Assembly: GCF_000025125.1 (NCBI RefSeq)
Contig: NC_013771.1
Coordinates: 990,001-1,022,000 of the forward strand
Direction: 5' to 3'
Length of the DNA: 32,000 nt
Origin: Candidatus Atelocyanobacterium thalassa isolate ALOHA
Lineage (GTDB): Bacteria; Cyanobacteriota; Cyanobacteriia; Cyanobacteriales; Microcystaceae
The translations under genes were made by a program, and so were the position numbers. The notes beneath the pieces were generated by a model. The model saw only the letters and a program-made list of their open reading frames with translations, ran no database searches and was not told where the DNA came from. Positions 28,962-32,000 of this stretch are shown here, piece by piece; positions within the stretch are counted from its first letter, which is position 1, and every line of letters starts with the position of its first letter.

Positions 28962-29942
28962 CTATATTACTTGTCTACCCAATGCCAAGCCAACTACTAG
29001 CATTCCCAATACTAAAAATGGCTGAGCAATAGCTTGGTATTTTACATCATTTTTTAATGGATCTCTTAAAAAATACATATCTTGTAGTGTTATTTGTGGA
29101 ATAACTAACAACAATAAAATTGTTGCATAAAGATTTTCATGAATATAAATTAGGTAAATACCAATCCCTATTTGAAATACATCAATCATCATGACGCAAA
29201 TCCATGATGCTATCGTCACACCAAACATAACAGGCATAGAGTTTAATCCTAACTTAGAATCTCCTTCAATACTTTTAAAATCATTAATAATAGCAATTCC
29301 CAAACCTGAAAAGCTATAAAATAAAGTCAAAATTATAATCATATAATTCAACTCCCCAAACAAAGCATGACCTGCCCACCAAGGCAAGGCTATATAACTA
29401 GCTCCTAGGGCAAAGTTACCTAACCAGCCATTCTTTTTCAACTTCAATGGAGGAGCCGAGTATATATAGGATACGAATGCACCTCCCAACGTTAAGCATA
29501 GCATTATTGGAAATTCATGATTACTCCAAATATCTAGCCCATAACTCAATAATAATCCTAAAGTTAATAGGATTATTATTTGCGCTTTTACTTGAGGTAC
29601 AGAAATAGCGCCTGAAGGGATAGGTCTATAAGGTTCATTAATAGCATCAATTTCACGATCATAAAAATCATTAAGAGTTTGAGTAAACCCTGTCATTAAA
29701 GGTCCCGACAATATCATGCAAACTATAGTTTTCAAAAAATCTTCTATTGTCCAAAAAAAGTTACCTGAGGACGCAGCTCCACATATGACTCCCCACATCA
29801 ATGGGACCCAAGTAATAGGCTTTGTTAATTGTAATCTTATTTTCCAGATTGATTTTTTTTCATCAACTGCTCCCTTCATTCCTAGTAATTGACGAGCCTG
29901 TTTATTTGTTTTGTTAGTCTCAAATTTTGTAGAAGCGGACAT
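28962..29942 (-). CDS. chlG: Chlorophyll a synthase (UbiA prenyltransferase family)
   Basis: 326 aa, polytopic. First Asp-rich motif NDFYDREIDAINEPYRPIPSG and second motif NDFKSIEGD. N-terminal KIRLQLTKPITW is typical of ChlG. Confidence 0.9.
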   Translation of the reverse strand: MSASTKFETNKTNKQARQLLGMKGAVDEKKSIWKIRLQLTKPITWVPLMWGVICGAASSGNFFWTIEDFLKTIVCMILSGPLMTGFTQTLNDFYDREIDAINEPYRPIPSGAISVPQVKAQIIILLTLGLLLSYGLDIWSNHEFPIMLCLTLGGAFVSYIYSAPPLKLKKNGWLGNFALGASYIALPWWAGHALFGELNYMIIILTLFYSFSGLGIAIINDFKSIEGDSKLGLNSMPVMFGVTIASWICVMMIDVFQIGIGIYLIYIHENLYATILLLLVIPQITLQDMYFLRDPLKNDVKYQAIAQPFLVLGMLVVGLALGRQVI

Positions 29943-30142
29943 AAGTTAAATTTAATAAATATTAGGTTACAAAATTAAAATATCTATATGTGTAAATTCA
30001 TAATTAGAAATTTTTTAATGATATTTGCTAACAATTCATCTTATTAAAGATACCTTTAAAGACAGGAGTGATGATTGTTAACAAGAGTAAAGTAACTTTT
30101 AATGATACATTATTTTGAGATATATAAATTTACGATAATATC

Positions 30143-31384
30143 TTATTTTTTTTCAGTATCATGATCATACTGTACAGCTTTTGATATTGCAGATAATTGT
30201 AAATAACTTGGATATTGACCTTTTTCTTTAATATACTTAATTTCATCATCAGAAATTGGCAAGTTATTATATGAAGCAATTTTTTTAACAATATCTCCTC
30301 GATCAATTATTCCTATAACAGCATTAGCTAGAGAAAGGACGGTAATATAAGACTCCTCACTCTCTTCTAATTTATCAATTACTTTGATCAATAAAGTTTT
30401 TTCTTCTACTGAAGATATGGTATTTAAAGGACGTACTATATCTTTTAATAAGTAATCTGAATTACTATTATTTTTTAAATCTTTTCTTAAGAGTAATCCT
30501 CGATAACGTCCTTCTGAAGAAGCAAAGTAAGCTACTCCATGATCTTTTTGACTGTGATATTTTTGAATAAATTCAGACAAAGTTAGATTAGCATTAACAA
30601 CACGAAAATTATGAGTCATAACATCCGTAGCTTTAATTTCTAAGAGACTTTTTTGTAATTGAGAAATACGAGCATAGTTATTTGCGTTACGCAAAACGAA
30701 CCATCCGACAATTACTATCCAGAAACCGCCTAAAGAAGATGTTAATAAAATTACAAGGGAGCCTAAGGTGATGCCTAACCATCCTATTATTCTACCGCTT
30801 ATAGATGCATAGAGAACTCCAGCAAAGTAATCGTCTTTTAATTTCCATATAATTGCTTTAACTATTTGCCCTCCATCCAAAGGTAGTCCTGGAATTAAAT
30901 TAAAAATTCCTAGTACAAAATTTATTCTTATCATATCTTCCAACACATAAGACAATAAAGGATGTAAGAGATTATTTCCCTGCTGCGAAAGAATAATATG
31001 TTGGATAGCAAATAAAAAAGCTGACAATCCTAAACTAACTAGAGGACCAGCGATAGCTATCAAAAATGCCTCAATAGGTTTTTTTGATTCCTGCTCTATG
31101 GTCGCAACTCCACCAAATAAAAATAACGTAATGGATTTAACTTGAATTCCTTGACTATGGGCAACTAGACTATGACCTAGTTCATGAGATAAAACTGAAA
31201 CAAACAAAAATAGAGAAAGAAATAATCCTGTTAACCATTCTAGCCACAATGAATTGCCAGCAAGTCCCCTAATATTAATTTCTTGTATGTTAGATAAAGT
31301 AATTAATCCTAGAATTAAAAACCAAGAAGAATTTATATAGAAAGGAATGCCTAATAGAGAGCCGATTTTCCATTTTCCATCCAT
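30143..31384 (-). CDS. Site-2 protease family (M50) membrane metalloprotease with C-terminal CBS pair
   Basis: 413 aa. HExxH as SHELGHSLVA in a TM segment. Second metal-ligand motif LIPGLPLDGG. A C-terminal cytoplasmic region of about 170 aa shows the CBS-domain pattern (DVMTHNF..V, GLLLRKDL, GIIDRGDIV). Confidence 0.8.
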   Translation of the reverse strand: MDGKWKIGSLLGIPFYINSSWFLILGLITLSNIQEINIRGLAGNSLWLEWLTGLFLSLFLFVSVLSHELGHSLVAHSQGIQVKSITLFLFGGVATIEQESKKPIEAFLIAIAGPLVSLGLSAFLFAIQHIILSQQGNNLLHPLLSYVLEDMIRINFVLGIFNLIPGLPLDGGQIVKAIIWKLKDDYFAGVLYASISGRIIGWLGITLGSLVILLTSSLGGFWIVIVGWFVLRNANNYARISQLQKSLLEIKATDVMTHNFRVVNANLTLSEFIQKYHSQKDHGVAYFASSEGRYRGLLLRKDLKNNSNSDYLLKDIVRPLNTISSVEEKTLLIKVIDKLEESEESYITVLSLANAVIGIIDRGDIVKKIASYNNLPISDDEIKYIKEKGQYPSYLQLSAISKAVQYDHDTEKK

Positions 31385-31828
31385 GATTTAGAAGGTGTAA
31401 GAATTGATTTTTTGATTAGTATCTCAATAGATGTTTTTACTATACCGAATATTGAAATAGGATTCATCATTTAGTATCTTGATAAAAACATTTACAATAT
31501 TTGTCAACACTTATGAGATTTAGCTTATGTCCCATACTTTATTATTGTAAATATTACATATACAAAATATAGTAACTATTAATTATAGTATAACTAAAAT
31601 AGATGTTCAGGTATCTTGCTTTTACTGTTTTAGAATTTTTTGAACAGTGTAGCAATAGTTTCAGTCTACCGGTTCTTAGCAGTATAAAAACAAAGATTTC
31701 TCAACTAAAGAATTAAGAATATTAAAACTAAATAAATTTATAGTACTCTGAGTTAAATGAAATATATTTTAGTATTAGTATACTTATTAAATATAAGTAT
31801 TTTAAAATTATTCTACAGGATATAAAAA

Positions 31829-32000
31829 ATGACAGGAATGCAAACTTATGGCGATCCAGACGTTAAATATGGTTGGTGGGCTGGAAATTCGCGTTTGGCA
31901 GATTTATCTGGTAAATGGCTTGCTGCACATATAGCTCATGCAGCATTAATTATATTTTGGGCAGGAGCATTTTGCCTATTTGAAGTGACACATTATTCTC
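31829..32000 (+). CDS. isiA: CP43-like chlorophyll-binding antenna protein (IsiA/Pcb family), 5' partial; runs off the window
   Basis: The translation is [57 protein letters not shown]. The [17 protein letters not shown]-terminus is IsiA/Pcb-type rather than PsbC-type. The second ATG at 31838 (MQTYG...) is the more likely start. Whether it is iron-stress regulated cannot be told from the sequence. Confidence 0.75.
   Translation, partial: MTGMQTYGDPDVKYGWWAGNSRLADLSGKWLAAHIAHAALIIFWAGAFCLFEVTHYS

Noticed and set aside
30071-30118. 15-codon + strand ORF (MIVNKSKVTFNDTLF) preceded by AGGAG in the chlG/S2P spacer
   Set aside because: The AGGAG ends only 2 nt before the ATG. The ORF is on the opposite strand to both neighbours, and the peptide matches no small photosynthetic or ribosomal protein I know.
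31385-31828. Fur box or iron-responsive operator upstream of the isiA-like gene
   Set aside because: Fur-box consensus sequences are A/T-rich. Nearly any stretch of this spacer gives partial matches, and I cannot distinguish signal from background without a scored matrix.
1-32000. tRNA, rRNA, tmRNA, RNase P RNA, CRISPR arrays, transposases, integrases, phage genes, toxin-antitoxin or known defence genes
   Set aside because: I inspected all intergenic regions. None contain G/C-rich structured segments, T-loop motifs (GGTTCGAATCC-like), regularly spaced direct repeats or recognisable mobile-element ORFs. Absence can only be confirmed with tRNAscan-SE, Infernal and similar tools.

Overview
This window looks like an AT-rich, gene-dense chromosomal segment from a cyanobacterium. 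I judged A+T by eye at roughly two-thirds or more; I did not compute it. The cyanobacterial call rests on acsF, chlG, an IsiA/Pcb-type CP43-like gene, a CCB2/CCB4-like b6f assembly factor, split FO-synthase cofH and one HIP1 octamer. Protein similarities resemble unicellular Chroococcales-type or reduced-genome low-GC lineages, but I cannot name the organism without a database search. I support 23 protein-coding genes, about 85% coding, and almost all are core housekeeping. They cover translation (hisS, aspS, cysS, rpsO), chromosome and cell division (smc, ftsW, ftsY), isoprenoid and chlorophyll synthesis (ispE, acsF, chlG), sugar-nucleotide metabolism (galE, wecB) and cofactor synthesis (cofH). 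I found no tRNA, rRNA, CRISPR array, transposase, integrase, phage or recognisable defence genes. I therefore see no convincing evidence of a self-contained novel system such as a defence island or mobile element. The items most worth a second look follow. (1) A translationally coupled three-gene module: carbamoyltransferase, an SxtJ-like membrane protein, and a 53-codon DUF5989/SxtK-like ORF that is missing from the supplied ORF track. Its substrate is unknown. (2) A 689-aa signal-anchored FAD-dependent protein of unknown function. (3) A set of unusually long or perfect palindromes at gene boundaries, two of which share the same half-site. (4) A perfect 28-nt palindrome carrying back-to-back TATAAT boxes at the amidase/wecB divergent promoter. 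(5) Several 420-560 bp ORF-free spacers at divergent promoters that could hold sRNAs, long leaders or decayed genes. All functional calls come from motif recognition in the translated ORFs, not from database searches.
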